DNA from: Rhynchobatus australiae
Lineage: Eukaryota
Assembly (NCBI GenBank): GCA_034780895.1
Contig: JAUZTB010000072.1
Span: 14,906,508-14,970,507, forward strand
Length of the DNA stretch: 64,000 nt
Direction of reading: 5' to 3'
How positions within the stretch are numbered: position 1 is the stretch's first letter; each line of letters starts with the position of its first letter. The notes below the pieces were generated by a model. That model worked only from the letters and a program-made list of their open reading frames with translations, was not told the DNA's origin and ran no database searches. Below are positions 34,398 through 48,807 of the stretch, one piece after another. The translations under genes were made by a program, and so were the position numbers.

Positions 34398-37259
34398 TTC
34401 ACGTCAACTACATCGTGATAGTGGTCTAGTCAAGGATAAAACTTGTCACATATGGATTGGCTGTCATGAGCCCAAGTGCTTTCCAGGACTGACCCATCAC
34501 CATACATATAAGAATGCCAAACATGCTATTGATCTGTTTGAAAATGAAACAGCATATTGGGCAAGAGCAGAGGACTTGTGCAATAATGCAGAACAGATCA
34601 GCTGGATAAAGTACTGAGGTCAGCAGGCATGGCTTGCCTTGACCTGAACTTCTAAGAATATGTTAACACATAGCTGAACTTGAATCAGATAGGCAGGCTC
34701 TGGTAGTTAGTTAATTCCATATTCAAACCCTTCCCTGGGTAAAGAATTTCCGAATGGATTTTAGTGACTACCTTGTGTAGCTCCTGGTTTTGTTCCCCTA
34801 GATGGTTTTAATGTTGCTCTTCTGCATAAGGAGGAGAATGATTTAATCAATGGTAATAGTTCCCTGGTTTTGGAAGGTTAATTTGCTGTTACTTGGTGTA
34901 AATATTTCTGTAGCTGCTTCAATTTTCATGTAGCTTCAGAAAGATTATGTCAGCAATGATCTTGAAAAAATTTTGGCTGAGGGCTTGTGGTGTAAACAAC
35001 TACCCAGGTTGGGATGTGTTAGGGTGGATAAATTGGAAGTAAAATTGTGTGCGTTGTATCTTGGATTTTAACAAAGATNNNNNNNNNNNNNNNNNNNNNN
35101 NNNNNNNNNNNNNNNNNNNNNNNNNNNNNNNNNNNNNNNNNNNNNNNNNNNNNNNNNNNNNNNNNNNNNNNNNNNNNNAAGAGAATTTACTGGGAGTTAA
35201 GCTGCCAAGGGCCTGAAGAACATTCTCAAATTGGTAATGGCCTTGATTCTCCCTAGACATGGCAATATTAAAGCAGTTGTGGGTATTTGCTACCCATTTG
35301 CTATTTGTCTCATCAAACCTGCACTCTATTGCAAGCCTTTCAAATGAACATCTATAATTGGTGCCTTTGGTGTTATCTTTCTGATTTTGTCATTTGGAAA
35401 TTCAGAAAAGTACCTATTAATTGGCCATAAAGAGTGCATCAAGCAAACTGACTAGGATTAGTGGAGCATGTACATGCAAAATGAGTTTAGCACTGTCCTA
35501 TATTTTTGTATCAAGCCTCTATAAGCATTCCTGCTCTTTCACCAGCCCCTGAATATTCTGAAGGCAGCTTGTGTAGAACAAATTATTGGGAACTGATGAT
35601 TGGAATCTAATATTTAAGTTGATTGTTTTTAAATTTGAAGTATTTGGAAAAATAATTGAGCATAAAGTAAAAACCAAGGGAGAAATGGTTACTTTCCTTC
35701 CAAAGCACGTGCACTTGCACATAAGATATCTATATTAGTCACATGTACATCAAACCACACAGTAAAATACATCTTTTTTGCATTGAGTGTTCATCATTGC
35801 AAATAATCAGAATGTTAAACTCTTTATTGAGTTTATATATAGTTGGTTGGATCTTGCTGAAACACAGCCCACTGATCAGAAATGACNNNNNNNNNNTAAC
35901 TGTGCAGGAGGCCACAGGCAGGTCAGACTGGAACTGGGATGGAAAATTAAATTAGCTTTCATCTTTGCGTTCCAAAATATAACATTTAGCTTGTTACTGA
36001 ATATACTGGCATTTTGTGGAGCCTGCGGTAATGTTAACGTGATGCTCTGTAATTTCTGATATAACTTAGGGAAACTTGGTCATGTAAAATCATTAGATTT
36101 TTTGCATCAGCAAAACCTTTTTAGCAGTGGGAGATTAGTCATGCTGTTTTTGTTCTGTAGCTAGTGCTCCTAGTTCAAGATCTCAGCTACTGGCATGACC
36201 CAGATCTGGAACCAGTAATATCTTAACAACTTTGTTTAATTAGCTAAAACAATGAGGGGAGTTTTAGAATTTAACAGAACAGATTAAGAATACGTTATTG
36301 CTTAATATCTGGCATTTACTTAGTTTGGTTATTGTCAATTAGAATTGAATGACAACAACCATTTTCCCCCACCCCATCTTGAGAAGCTCAAGTCAGCGCA
36401 GTTGCATGAGAGTCCCTTGGAACCTGGGCATCCACCCAGTCAAATCCTGTCAGAATTTTGTATGTAATTGGAATGCTTATTCTTCTGAATTGAGTATAGA
36501 ATTAGTCTGCTTAGTTTTAGCTACAGGACGGCCTCCTTCACAGTACTAGGAAATGCAGCAAGTTAGGCAGCACCTGCAAACTTATTTCTGATCTGGGAAT
36601 TACCAGCAAAGATGACAGTTCTTGACTATGATGGGGCACCACTTTGAACCACTACAGACTTTGTGGTGAAGGCACTCCAGAACTCTCTACTTGTGCCTTG
36701 TGTAGGAAGCTTCAGGTGTCTTCTGTAGTGCCACTGAAATGCCAATCTGTCCAAGTCAGGATGTTATGTGACTTGAGAGGAACTCTGTATTGCAGTGCGT
36801 CTGCTGTTCCTTTCCTAGAGGAAGGTTGTGGGATTGGGAGATGGTAATGACTTGGTGACTTGCTGCAATATAGCCTGTAGGTGTTTCGGTCTACAATCTT
36901 GTTTTGATAGTTAATGTTTCAGTTAGTGCTGACCAAGCAGACTTTTGAATCATATTGTCATAAGCACTGCTGCTACACTCAGCCAGGCAAGAGGTTATTT
37001 CATTGTCTTCTGACTAGTATTTTCCAGAGCCTCTCGACAGCAACAGTGTTGACCCCATAATACTGTGCATGCTAAACAGAAGCAGACTTTCAACATAACT
37101 AAACAGCCATATCAAATATGATTTGTAATGGGCAATTGATTGGCTGGAGATTGTGGATACTTAGATCTTCAAATGAGGCTTGGTCATCTTAATGAGGACT
37201 TTACCAGATTAGGAGGTTACATATTGTGATGGTTTCCAACTGATGGCCCATACATTAAT

Positions 37260-37880
37260 TTGTTGTCTAATTTTGTGCTGTTCCGTCCCTCCCCAATGTT
37301 TTTCTTAATACAGTGGAACTTGTTCTTTGAAGGATCTTAGTTTCCTTGAAGGTTATGGCAGTTTCTTCTATCAATGGTGGTTTGGGCAGTATGTCTGGAA
37401 CAGGGACCCTGATGATTGGATTATTGAACAATTGGATTATTCCTTCGTGTTGGTTATATTTTTCCACCATTTGCCAGAAGTTTGGTCCATGACCTTGCAT
37501 CTTTACAATTTCTGGCAAGTGGTGTTCGATGTGGTGTTGAGGATGGGTATGTGCCAAGATCTGTTCACACTAGATTTGGAAAATAAGTTGTCTTGTTCAT
37601 CTATTAAGCCCATAAGTATTCAAATTTGTTGTAGTCAAACATCCATTGACCTTTCAAGTTTCCGTAACCTTTTGATTTTAGTTTGTCACTTCAATCTCGT
37701 ATCTTTACACGTTCAAATTGGAATCACTTATTTCTCTTGTACATTTGGGAGCAGTGTCCAACAGGATCTGCCCTATTGTTGTCTCCAGTTTGGTCATGTA
37801 TGTTGCTAGTCCTCTGATCTTTCAATCGTTTCACACTTATTTTTATTGCTGTCAATCACTTCAGTCCACTTAGTTTCTGA
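37260..37880 (-). mobile_element. Highly decayed RTE-like LINE fragment
   Basis: Minus-strand remnants TKIKR..., FQI*CEQIL...HHI resemble the post-RT region of RTE elements. Weak match. Confidence 0.35.
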
Positions 37881-37914
37881 TACTTGAAGAGTGTAGTATA
37901 CCTCATTAAATACA

Positions 37915-38300
37915 TCTGTCAAAATCCTAACTCCCAACTCCTGTTCACCCATCATCCCCGAACTTATTCACTTGTTCTGACTTCCAGTTAAGCAGTGCTT
38001 CATTTTTAAAAAATGTACCCTTGTTTTCATATCCCGGTCTTGCCTTTTTCTATCTCTAATTTCAAAACCGACACGCTTTGAATGTTGATGCTTCAATCCT
38101 GATCTCTTCACTTTTCCTCTGAATAAATGTGTCCATTCTTTAGGTGCTGTCCCTTTTGGCTGCCAAGGTCATGACCTCCAGATTTCCCTCAAAACCACTT
38201 TATCCCTCTAATGCTCCTTTAACATACTACGTTAAAACTAATTTGATTAAACTTTTGGTAATCTGGTCAAATTTTTAAGTGTGGAGCTTTGATGTTTTCT
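37915..38300 (+). mobile_element. L2 LINE 3' fragment
   Basis: cccatcatccccgaacttattcacttgttctgacttccagttaagcagtgcttcatttttaaa reads PIIPELIHLF*LPVKQCFIFK, a decayed ITPxLxxLHWLPVxxRIxFK L2 signature. Confidence 0.7.
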
Positions 38301-38479
38301 GTGTTACGTTCTCACATTTAGAGTTTACAGATTTGAGTGTATTTGATACTTCCAGTGATCTAAGCATTACATTTGCTTCACTGCTCTCACCCCTTTGTCC
38401 TCTTCATGCATCAAGCCGATACTATGCTTGCTGGATGTTGTCCCACTCCTGTTAATTCTCCAAGATTTTGTGGATTTTA

Positions 38480-39385
38480 ATTTGGAAATCTGATCTACTG
38501 GGCAGGATATGCAATATTTTGGACATTAGAGGAGAAGTTTTATTTAAAGGTATTGGGACAGCAAAACATAATTTAGCAGATTACATTTGGAAGAATGAAT
38601 AGCAATTGACATGGTGTGGGCTAGCTGTGTGAATTGATATGAATATAGTAGATAGAATGTGATGAGGAAAAAATTGATCATTCACTTTGCACATAACAAG
38701 AAAGCAGAGTAGTTGTTGAAGGGTGAGAGATTGGGGAGGTCTGATGTTCAAAGGGGCTTGGGTGTGGTTCTACACAAGTCCATGAAAGTCAACATGTAGG
38801 TGTAGCAAGCAATTTTGAAGGCAAATAATGTGTTAGCCTTCATTATGAGAGATCTGAATATAAGGGTAGGCCGTATTGCATTTTTATAGTGTCTTGGCGA
38901 AACTAAACCTGGAGTTTTGGTCTTACCTTAGCAAGAACGCACTTTCGTAGAGTGCAGTGAAGATTGACTAAACTGGTTCTAGAGATGGCAGAGTAGTGAT
39001 TGGGCAGGAAAGAATTTGATTATAGTCTTTAGAATTTAGAACAACGAGATGATTTCATCAGTACTTTCATGCACTCAAGAATTTTGCAAGGTTAGATACA
39101 GGAAGAATGTTTCCCTTGGCTCAGCAATTTGGGTGTGGGGGTACACATTTACAACAAAAGGTAGACCGTTTAGGATTGAGGTGAAAAACCTCTTCACCTG
39201 GTGGTGAACCTTTGGAATTCTGTGCCCTGAATAGCTGAGAAGGCTCAGCTGTGTGATTTTTGGACATGAAGGTAATTGAGGGATTTGGTGATAGTGGTGG
39301 ATAATGGTACTGAGGTAGAAGATCAGCCATGCTCTTAACGAATGGCAGTGCAGGCTTGAAGAGCTGGATGGCCTACTCTTATGTC
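38480..39385 (+). mobile_element. Old CR1 LINE, ORF2 C-terminal half and 3' tail
   Basis: gatgttcaaaggggcttgggtgt (V.RDLGV), aaggcaaataatgtgttagccttcatt (KANxxLAFI), gtggtgaacctttggaattctgtgcc (VVNLWNSxP), tail ggcttgaagagctggatggcctactc. Confidence 0.8.
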
Positions 39386-40329
39386 GTAGGGTTCCTGTGT
39401 GACTCTGTACTTGATTGTTGCCATGTGAACAAACTAGTTGCATTTAAAATGTTCCATATTGTCTGGATATTTGAAAGCACTTTACAAATAATTAGTTTTA
39501 AAGAAAACTAATGTTACACAAACAGTCCTGGATTGATTGATTTTTAGCTGATCTGTTTTGGTAGTGTCAATTGAGTGGTGAATGTCGTCAGGACAGAATG
39601 CTGTTTGAGAAAGTGTTGTGTAATGTTTTACAGCCATTTAAATAGGCAAGGATTTGGCTTAATTTATTGATAAAGGCAGCATTCGCCAATTATTTTGTTC
39701 CTGCATGTAAGTGTCACTGGTAGAACTATCATTAGTTATACATCCCTTTATTGCCTTTGCAGCATTTCAGTTACAAGTCAGCCACATTATAGCTGTGGAG
39801 TGGTATAGCCAGGTTAGATCATGACAATAAATAGGTGAAGTAGTTCCATGGCCATAATTACTCAGACCTTTATAAGGAAAAAAAATCATTGAAGTGCAGT
39901 TAAATTCTCCAGCTACTGTCATGGGATTTAAGTACAGCTTCTGGATTAGTCTAGTCTTCTAAAATATAGCAAATCTAAAGTGGAGCAAATATCTATTGGG
40001 CGCCAAAACTGTTAGGCATGAATTACTTTAACTTTGGGNNNNNNNNNNNNNNNNNNNNNNNNNNNNNNNNNNNNNNNNNNNNNNNNNNNNNNNNNNNNNN
40101 NNNNNNNNNNNNNNNNNNNNNNNNNNNNNNNNNNNNNNCCCCCCCCCCCCCCCCAACATTAAGCTACTACAAAAATTCTTGCAGTGCATTATTTCTTGAC
40201 CAGGCTAATGTCCAATTACATCTTGGATTTACTGATGTCTTTGGGCATGGTAATCCTAAAATAACATCCTTGCCTCCACTTATTTAACTTTGTCTCTGGC
40301 ATCCATGGGCTTGTGGCAGCAACTTCAAT

Positions 40330-40850
40330 TTGTATGCCAGTGATGCCCAATATTATTTTTCTGCTTTACCCTAGATATTTGACTGGAGCTGCCCACGTCT
40401 TAGAAGAGACAGCAGTTCTTTCAATTAACTATAAATGGGATTGTGCCAGCCTGCTTGTTTCTCATCTCAAATGGCCTCACTTATTGTCAGAGTCCCTTGG
40501 GACAGAGGTTGCCACTTCATCTCTGAGAGGTGGCAGGTCAATATACCAACTGCAGACTATTCCCAGATGAGGCAGGATAGGACTAAGGTGGACGGGTGTG
40601 TAGTTCGTGAGTCAGTGCACTTCTCTCACTTGCATAGAGCGTTTGTGTTCTGGATGAATGGCCCCTCTTCTCCACTTTGTGTCACCAGTTCCCAAAAGTT
40701 ATTGGGCATGTAGCATTTCTTCCACAGAGGTTTTGAGCACATCTTTAAATGTTCCCCCCCTGCACCTGGTAATCTCTTCACACATTAGGTTTAGTGTTTG
40801 TTTCNNNNNNNNNNNNGACACCAGACCTAGAATCAGGCATACAAAAATCC
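40330..40850 (-). mobile_element. RTE-like LINE 5' region
   Basis: Reverse is colinear with 55090-55260 and upstream RTE UTR (tcaaatggc, agagtcccttgggacagag, caccagttcccaaaagttattgggcatg). Confidence 0.55.
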
Positions 40851-42479
40851 CACTTTGTCAAAGGAGCCCATTAATGGGGATGTTGTCCAGGGAAACCTTG
40901 TATATTTTTGTATATTCGTAAAAGCCATATATTTTCTGTTTGATCTTGAGCTTTCATTCAAATCTCATATTCAGTCCATTGCTGTGAATGTCCTTTTGCT
41001 GCCCTTTGATCTTTCATAGTATACCTGTCACTGTGTTTGACTTTTCTTATTATTCCTTTAGTTACTTGTTCAAGCTCCTCCTTAGACAAATTCCAAAATT
41101 ATCTAGGATTTTGCAGCCCATTTCATGTTTTAAAATTCAGTCTGAACCTTATTGTACCATTTACCTTGATTGCCAATTCAGTGTACTTTAGTGTTTCTGC
41201 CTTCTCAATCCTGTCTTGGCAGTTTTCTTTATTTCTTGTAACTTTGTGCTATAGCTTGACTATTTATTTGACATGCACCTCCCACCCATTCAATTCCCTG
41301 AACCCAAAACTGGTTTCACTGGCCCTATTAGATTTCTAAAGTTACCACTTACAGCTTTCAGTTAAAGCCTTGTGCATTTCTGCTTGAGGCTATATCCAGC
41401 GGAGTGGATGGCAGGAAAACAGTAAGACTTGAATGAATCTATTATTGGGCAGTTTTTTTTTGTAATTTGTTGGATTGTTGCATTAGGAATTTTATGTAGG
41501 ATGCCCAAGTTACTCCTTTTCCATTAAGCCCATCCATATTAATGCTGAATGAGATGAATCAAATGGTCAGCTAATATAACTTAAAATTAATTTAACAAAT
41601 ATCTCAAAACTAAGCAAGGAGGATTGCATTGAATATTTGGATATATGTATTAAACACTCTAAAGGACATTTTGGCAGCATTATTATGGATAAAAAGATAA
41701 TAGGAATTTGCTGCTTTGAGTCTGTTCTGCCATCCCATAAAGTCATTTCCCTCATCACAATGCCCTTAAACCTTCCATTGCTCTTTTAAAAATTTAAGCA
41801 TAGCTATTTTCAACACTAATTACAGGATTACTCTCTAGACTTGAATTCTAATTTAAATGCCTAGATACTAAGCTAACTTAGAAACTGTATAGTACAACTT
41901 GTCCAGCATTAATTTGTGGATTAACAAAATTATGTTTGGGGTCTGCATGTATGCCTCGTTTATTTTCAATAAACACCCTATCTTACTCAGTGTTATACAA
42001 TGTAGCCTTGTTCTTTACAGTAGTTTGACTGCTTGCTAAGCTTCAAGCGTTGGAGCTTTTTATGGAGTACTTGGGGTTTGATTCTTAAGCCTGGGGCAAA
42101 TCATTTACAGTAAACATTTCAGTGTGCAGCTGATCTCAAGTGTTAATGGCTCTTTACTCTTTGGGTTCATGGCTGTTAGTGATCTAAATCCTTCATTGTA
42201 GTTTCTTTTAACATTTCTAACCTTGCAGCTGACATTATAAACCCCCATTTCTTAACTAATTACATATTCTTTGATTTTTACTAAATACGTTGTAAATATT
42301 TGTATGTTAATTCATTATTTTCAAGTACACAAAATGATTACCAATATCTTTAATTCCATTCTTTCAAGTATGTCATTCAACTAGACCAAAGACCATCAGT
42401 GAAACATTTTAATTAGTTTGACAAAGGAGAGAACTCCATTCAGTTGTGAGGCACCCTTTTGCTTTTTAATCAGTTTTGA

Positions 42480-45300
42480 AAACTGGGTGTTGCTGGCAAG
42501 GCCTATATTTATGACCCATCCCTGCTTGCTCTTGGTGGCAAGCATCTTGGACCACTGCTGTCCTTTCTGTGAAGGTGATCCTGCAGTACTATTGGTCAAA
42601 AAGTGGCGATGAAGGAACAGCAAAATACTTCCAAGTTAGGGTGGTGAGTAACATGGAGGGGAATGTGCAGGTGATGACCAATATGCGTGGTGTCCTTGCC
42701 CCGTTTTGGTGCTTGAGGGATTAGTGGATGATGCTGTTGTGGCCTAGGCAAGGGACTGTAGTGCATTTCCTAGTTGGATGCATTGTGACCCTAGTGGATG
42801 TAAGTGAATGTTCAGGATGATGGGTGGGTTACCAATCGAGGGCTGCTTTTTTCCTTCCTGAATGCTGTTGAGCTACTTGTGTGTTGTTGAGGTGCACTTA
42901 TCCAGACAAGCAGAGTATTCCATCATATACTGACTGGTGNNNNNNNNNNNNNNNNNNNNNNNNNNNNNNNNNNNNNNNNNNNNNNNNNNNNNNNNNNNNN
43001 NNNNNNNNNNNNNNNNNNNNNNNNNNNNNNNNNNNNNNNNNNNNNNNNNNNNNNNNNNNNNNNNNNNNNNNNNNNNNNNNNNNNNNNNNNNNNNNNNNNN
43101 NNNNNNNNNNNNNNNNNNNNNNNNNNNNNNNNNNNNNNNNNNNNNNNNNNNNNNNNNNNNNNNNNNNNNNNNNNNNNNNNNNNNNNNNNNNNNNNNNNNN
43201 NNNNNNNNNNNNNNNNNNNNNNNNNNNNNNNNNNNNNNNNNNNNNNNNNNNNNNNNNNNNNNNNNNNNNNNNNNNNNNNNNNNNNNNNNNNNNNNNNNNN
43301 NNNNNNNNNNNNNNNNNNNNNNNNNNNNNNNNNNNNNNNNNNNNNNNNNNGAATGTTAGGAGTAGATGATTAGACTCTCTGAAGATGGCCATTTTCTGGC
43401 TTGCATGTTACTTATGAGCCCATGCTTGAACGTTGTGCAGGTTTTGATGCACACAGGCACATAGTCTGCTTTATCTATTGAGGAGCTGTGAATGGAAGTG
43501 GACATGGGCAATCATCAGCAAACATCCCTGTTTCTAATCTTATGGTAGGAAGTTTGTTGAAGAAATAGCTGAAGATAATTGGACCAGTGGCACTGCCCTG
43601 AGCAATTCCTCCAATGATTGACCTCCAACAACTGCAGCTGTCTTCCTTTGTGCAAGTTATGACCCTGGGTTGGAGATGTTTCCTTTTGTCTACTGACTTC
43701 AATTTTACTGGGGTTTGTTGATGGCACAATTGGTTAAATACTGTCTTGAGGTCAAGGACAGCTGTTCTTGCTTCACCTCCTAGAATTTAGCTGTTTGAAC
43801 CAAGGCTGCAATGAGATCCTGGCTAAACACAAACTGAGCATCAGTGATCAGATTGAGAGCATATCAAACAAATTAAATTGGCTAAAATGGCCTCTTAGGT
43901 GGGGATATTGGAAGGGGTGAGATAAGCCAGGATGTGTCATGTACTTTGTACTTCTGGCAAGGCATGGTTCCAAATGCTTCAGCCTTGATTTTAAGCACTG
44001 ACTTACTAGGCCCTGCTGTCATTGAGAATGGAATATTCTTGGAGCCTCCTTTGTTGTCCACCACAGTTAACAACTGGAGCTTTGTTCCGAGCTGTTGAAT
44101 CTATGATCACTGTTTAGCATGCATGCCCTATATTACACAGCTCCCAGGTCGGCATCTCAGGCACGGTGCTGCTCCCAGCGTGCCCTTCTGCACTTAATAA
44201 ACTGAGATTTACCCTTTGGGTTGATGGTAGCAGTGGGGGAGTGAGGAATATTTAAGGCTGTGAGGTTACAGCTTGTAGTGGTGGTGTTCTGATGCATCTG
44301 ATAGTCCTGTGTTTCTTGAATACCCAGTTTAGAGTTTTACATCTGTTCTGAGTGTATTCTGTATTGCACTGTAGTGATGGAAGGTGTATTTGGTGTGAAG
44401 TTGGATTTTATCTCCACAAGGACTGTTAAGTGATTAATTACAGGACACACAGGTTTATCCTTCATGTTGTTTATCTCACTGCCTACTGTAGACCCAATCT
44501 GGTGGCTATGTTCCCCAGGAAGTTACCCAGCCAGAGTACATTTTGTGCCTTTGCTGCTTTTGGAGCTTCTTGTTCAACTGAGGAAAGAGGTGGGAGTTGG
44601 GAGCAGGTTTCATTCTCCATGTTTGACATGCCAGGAGACTTGATGGGGTCTGGAGTCAATGGTTTTGGTTTCCAGAATGACTCCCTCTTGNNNNNNNNNN
44701 NNNNNNNNNNNNNNNNNNNNNNNNNNNNNNNNNNNNNNNNNNNNNNNNNNNNNNNNNNNNNNNNNNNNNNNNNNNNNNNNNNNNNNNNNNTTTACACACC
44801 ATTGCATTCTCCTCTTTTGTGATTGATTTAGTCAGTGGAATAGGATGTTCCCAGGGATTATGGAGTCTGGCGTACTGTCTGTTAGGTAAGATTCTGCAGG
44901 TACAAGTATATCATGCTTGAATAGTCTATTGGTCAGTAATCCCAACTAGGGTACCAGTCCCCAGGGGTCTACAAAGAGGACTGAGCTGGAGTAACTTCAT
45001 GTCTAAATTTACTGTCTTGTTCAATAGCAGGTGGTGTCTTTTTTTTATCTGCATTAACACAAAGGTTATGTACAACTGAGTGGCACTGTGGACCATTTCA
45101 GAGGACAGTGAAGAGTGAACTACATTGTCCAGTCTCTGGAGTCACATATAGACTGGGTAAGGATGGGAGATTTCTTTCCCTGAAGGGGAACCAAATGGGT
45201 TTTTATGACAAACTGAGAGTAGCAAAGTCTAACCTTTTTTTTAAATATCCAGATTAAATTTGAACTTCTCGGCTGCCTGATGGGATTTGAACTTGTTCTC
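42480..45300 (-). mobile_element. Long decayed CR1/L2-group LINE with RT motifs
   Basis: ORF-track peptide GGIAQGSATGPIIFSYFFNKLPTIRLETGMFADDC (43475-43729) contains the RT GxPQG and FADD motifs. Interrupted by gaps. Confidence 0.8.
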
Positions 45301-45339
45301 ACTAACAATTCAGAAGCACCTCTCATCAACTCAGACCTG

Positions 45340-45560
45340 GCATAAAACTCGTGGTCTGCCAGGCAGTGATGATCCCTTACCCCACCCCTCCTACTCAACA
45401 GCTGAACTTCAAGGCACTTGAAAGATGCCAATAATGCAGCCTCCAGAAAGTGTTCCAAATTCACTGGAAGGATGTTAATCACCTCGCAACATCGGTTCTC
45501 TCTTAGCCCAACGTCCATAGTGTTGAGGCCCTAATTACCTTCAGTCACTTTGTACTGAAC
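45340..45560 (+). mobile_element. RTE LINE fragment
   Basis: cttcaaggcacttgaaagatgccaataatgcagcctccagaaagtgttccaaattcactggaaggat reads as a decayed LKALERxxQxxLRKxLQIHWxD. Confidence 0.6.
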
Positions 45561-45679
45561 CCAACAACCAACCCATTTAAGATCCTTGTTTCAATAGCCT
45601 TATTCAAGGTCTGTAATTGTTGCATTTTAGGGTGTATATTGATTGAATTTCTGTTGGGGCTGAATCCAGTTTGTTTAAA

Positions 45680-46205
45680 TGGAAACTTTGTTCAATTTTG
45701 GTCACCCTGCTGTAGGAAATCTGTTTTTAAACTGGAAAGAGTGCAGAAAAGGTTTACAAGGATGTTGCCAGGACTTGAGGGACTGAGTTGTAGAGAGAGG
45801 TTAGACGGACTGGGACTTTTTTTCCTTGAGAGATCTTATAGGGTGTATAAAATTATGATGAGCATAGATAGGGTAAATGCACTCTTTTTTTTCCAGGGTT
45901 AGGGAATTAACTGGAGGGCATAGGTTTAAGGTGAGAGGAGGAATGTGGAAAACTATGAACTTGGTTGGGCGGGGGGGGGTGGTGGAAACTTTTTTTTAAA
46001 AGAAGGTAGTACGTATATGGAATGAGCTGCCAGAGAAAGTGGTTGAGGCAGATACAATAACAGCTTTTAAAAGACAGTTGGACAAATACATGGATAAGAG
46101 TCTTAAAAGGATATGGGCCAAAAATGGACAAATGGAACTAACTTGGTTGGGCATCTTGGTTGGCATGGACCAGTTGGGGCGAAGGGCCTGTTTCCATGCT
46201 CTGTT
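45680..46205 (+). mobile_element. CR1 LINE 3' fragment
   Basis: VQFWSPCCRKSVFKLERVQKRFTRMLPGLEGLSCRERLDGLGLFFLE and VVEADTITAFKRQLDKYM. Confidence 0.92.
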
Positions 46206-46479
46206 TCCTGCATTTTCTTGCAGATGAAGCCTTTGACATCTGAATCTGTAAGTGGATTTCCCAAAATGTAATACCTGAATTTCTCAGGAGATCAGTGGAG
46301 TGTTTGATAACAATTCCTTCAGTCACTATTAGTTTCTACTCTTATATCTGTTGCATGTGTCCACAAAAGTCATTAGGTATCTTGAATTTTTCATCTCTGA
46401 AGATTTTATGTAATTGAGGTGTAAGATGAGAATTGGAGTTCAATTTTAAATATATTCTTCACAAAATTCTCTATTTTAA

Positions 46480-47398
46480 TGGTCTGGACAAGTTAATCCA
46501 GATAAGTGTAAGGTATTACATTTTGGGAGGTCAAATGCAAGAGAAAAGTATACAGTAAATGGCAAGCCCCTTAAAAGCATTGATATACAGAGAGATCTTG
46601 GGATGCATGTCCATAACTCCCTGAAAGTTACAACACAAGTTAAATAGAGTGGTAAAGAAGGCGCACTAGATGCATGCCTTCATCAGTTGGGGAATTGAGT
46701 ATAAAAGTCATGTTGCAGCTCTATATAATAATAAAAAAAATTTTGGTTAGGCCACATTTGGATTATTGTGTGCAGTTCTGGTCGCTCCATTACAGGACGG
46801 ATGTGGAGGCTTTGGAGAGGGTGNNNNNNNNNNNNNNNNNNNNNNNNNNNNNNNNNNNNNNNNNNNNNNNNNNNNNNNNNNNNNNNNNNNNNNNNNNNNN
46901 NNNNNNNNNNNNNNNNNNNNNNNGGTCGCTCCATTACAGGAAGGATGTGGAGGCTTTGGAGAGGGTGCAGAAGAGGTTTACTAGGATGTTGCCTGGATTA
47001 GGGAGTTTTAGCTCTAAGGAGAGGTTGGACAAACTTTGATTGTTTTCACTGTAGTGTTAGAGGCTGAAGGACAATCTGATAAGTCTCATAAATTATGAGA
47101 GGCATAGATAGACAGCTGGTATCTTTTTCCCAGGGTGGAAATGTCAAATACTAAAGGGCATAGGTTTAAGGTGAGAGCGGGAATGTTCAATGGAGATTTG
47201 CTAGGCAAGTTTTTTTTCCCCACAGTGGTAGATACTTGGAGCACACTGCTAGGGGAGGTGGTGGAAGCAGATACGATATCTGTGTTTAAGAGGCATTTAG
47301 ATGGGCATGTGAACAGGCAGGTGGGATTAGTTTAATTTCTCATCATGGTCATACAGACATCGTGGGCTGAAGGGCCTGTTCCTATGCTACACTGTTCT
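46480..47398 (+). mobile_element. CR1 LINE 3' fragment
   Basis: DKCKVLHFGRSN, LVRPHLDYCVQFWS, ALERVQKRFTRMLPGL, GHRFKVR...VVEADTISVFKRHLD and the 3' tail. Confidence 0.92.
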
Positions 47399-48679
47399 TG
47401 TGTTCCATTGTTAAGATCCTGGAAGATGTATGTCTTGACTTTATCCTGTTTCTTAATAGCCTTACTCTACAGCACATCTTGTTCTCTTTTGAAATTTTCA
47501 TTTCAAATGTAGGATATTAAGGTAGTTTAGATTTTTACTTGAAAAGGGGAAGAGGTGCTGCAAAGATAGGGGATGAAGGTTGCAACTTTATACTGTGGGC
47601 AAGTCTAGGTACCTTGTTATTGATTTCATTGGTGGCAGAGTTTATATACCTCTGACAGAAGTAATAAAACTCGGTGGCGGGGATGTGTAATTTGAATTTG
47701 AACTCTGGCCTGCATAGAAGTATCTTGTTTGCAGGGAGGGCTTGGAGTGACAGCATGATAGTTTGAAGTCTGCCGAAGTTTCAATTGGCTTGATAAGCTG
47801 GCATTTTGATACCTGTGGGGGCAATGGTGAAAGTAGCCATTGCTGGAGATCTGCCAGCCATAGTGGGATGGGCAGAATTGAAACCAGGGACCTAAAGGGA
47901 AATGTTCAAGTAGTAGAGAACCTAAGGGGTGGAGTTAGACATCAAGGATGCAGTTCTTGATCTATCAAGAGTAGTTCAATGCTGTTACAATTCTGGATGC
48001 ATTGCATTGGTTCACCCAGCTTCCAGAATGGATTCAACACCTAAGGTCTGTTCAGTCCAGAATCCATAAAGTTCCTTCCCCTAACTTGCTTGATGACTAG
48101 GACTAGTTAGTACATGTCCCTCAAACTCGTAAGTTTCATTATGTAGTGAGTGGGAACTCTCATGCACATCTCAGGTGACAATTAGCCTTTTGGCTACCAA
48201 AGCTTGATCTCTGAAACTATAGTACATGTCCATGGTCATATTTTCATTGCACACACAAGTTTTTCTGAGGGCAGGGATAGGAGGAAGAATTTTGAAGAAA
48301 CCCAAGTTCTAAGCAGTGCTTCATGAACAATTTGGCAATTTGCAGTGTCTGTGTTTATATTCGGTATATTGAAATCAGTGGCATGTGAAGGGCCTTTAAT
48401 TTGAAGACTGAAACATGTAAAATCAAGCTGTCTACTGGAAAGATATCCAGTAAAGAATTTGATCTTCTGAAAGTACACCAATGATCAAGAGCTCAACACG
48501 CCAGGAGTGACAGAGTTGCCATTGAAAGGACAGTATCNNNNNNNNNNGGGGGTAAAGACTAATGCAGAAAATGTAGATAATTTAACTGTTCACATACCTC
48601 GCTTGTATCCAAGAAATCTTTGCTATCAAAGCTTGGAAAGCTCCACCCATTTAAGAACACATTGCATAACCCTGATATA

Positions 48680-48807
48680 GAGACAGGAGATGCAGATGCT
48701 GGAATCTGGAGCAAGAAAAATCTGCTGGAGGAACTCAATGGGTCGAGCAGCATCTGTGGGAGGAAAGGAACTGTTGGTGTTTCCGGTTGAAACCCCGCAT
48801 CAGGACT
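48680..48807 (-). mobile_element. Short Penelope-terminal-repeat-derived element with hammerhead-like fold
   Basis: tgcagatgctggaatctggagcaa...ctgctggaggaactcaatgggtcgagcagcatctgtgggaggaaagg...gaaaccccgcatcaggac. The reverse contains CTGATG...GAAAC. Confidence 0.8.

Noticed and set aside
37327-37809. 160-aa hydrophobic + strand ORF
   Set aside because: Non-ATG start and no recognisable domain; best explained as the antisense shadow of a decayed LINE.
42881-43392. Long ORFs in the track spanning N runs (also 53572-53832 and 8659-9007)
   Set aside because: Open only because Ns translate as X.
46780-46967. 44-bp duplication flanking a 100-N gap inside a CR1
   Set aside because: Unmerged contig overlap (one mismatch, likely allelic); artefact.
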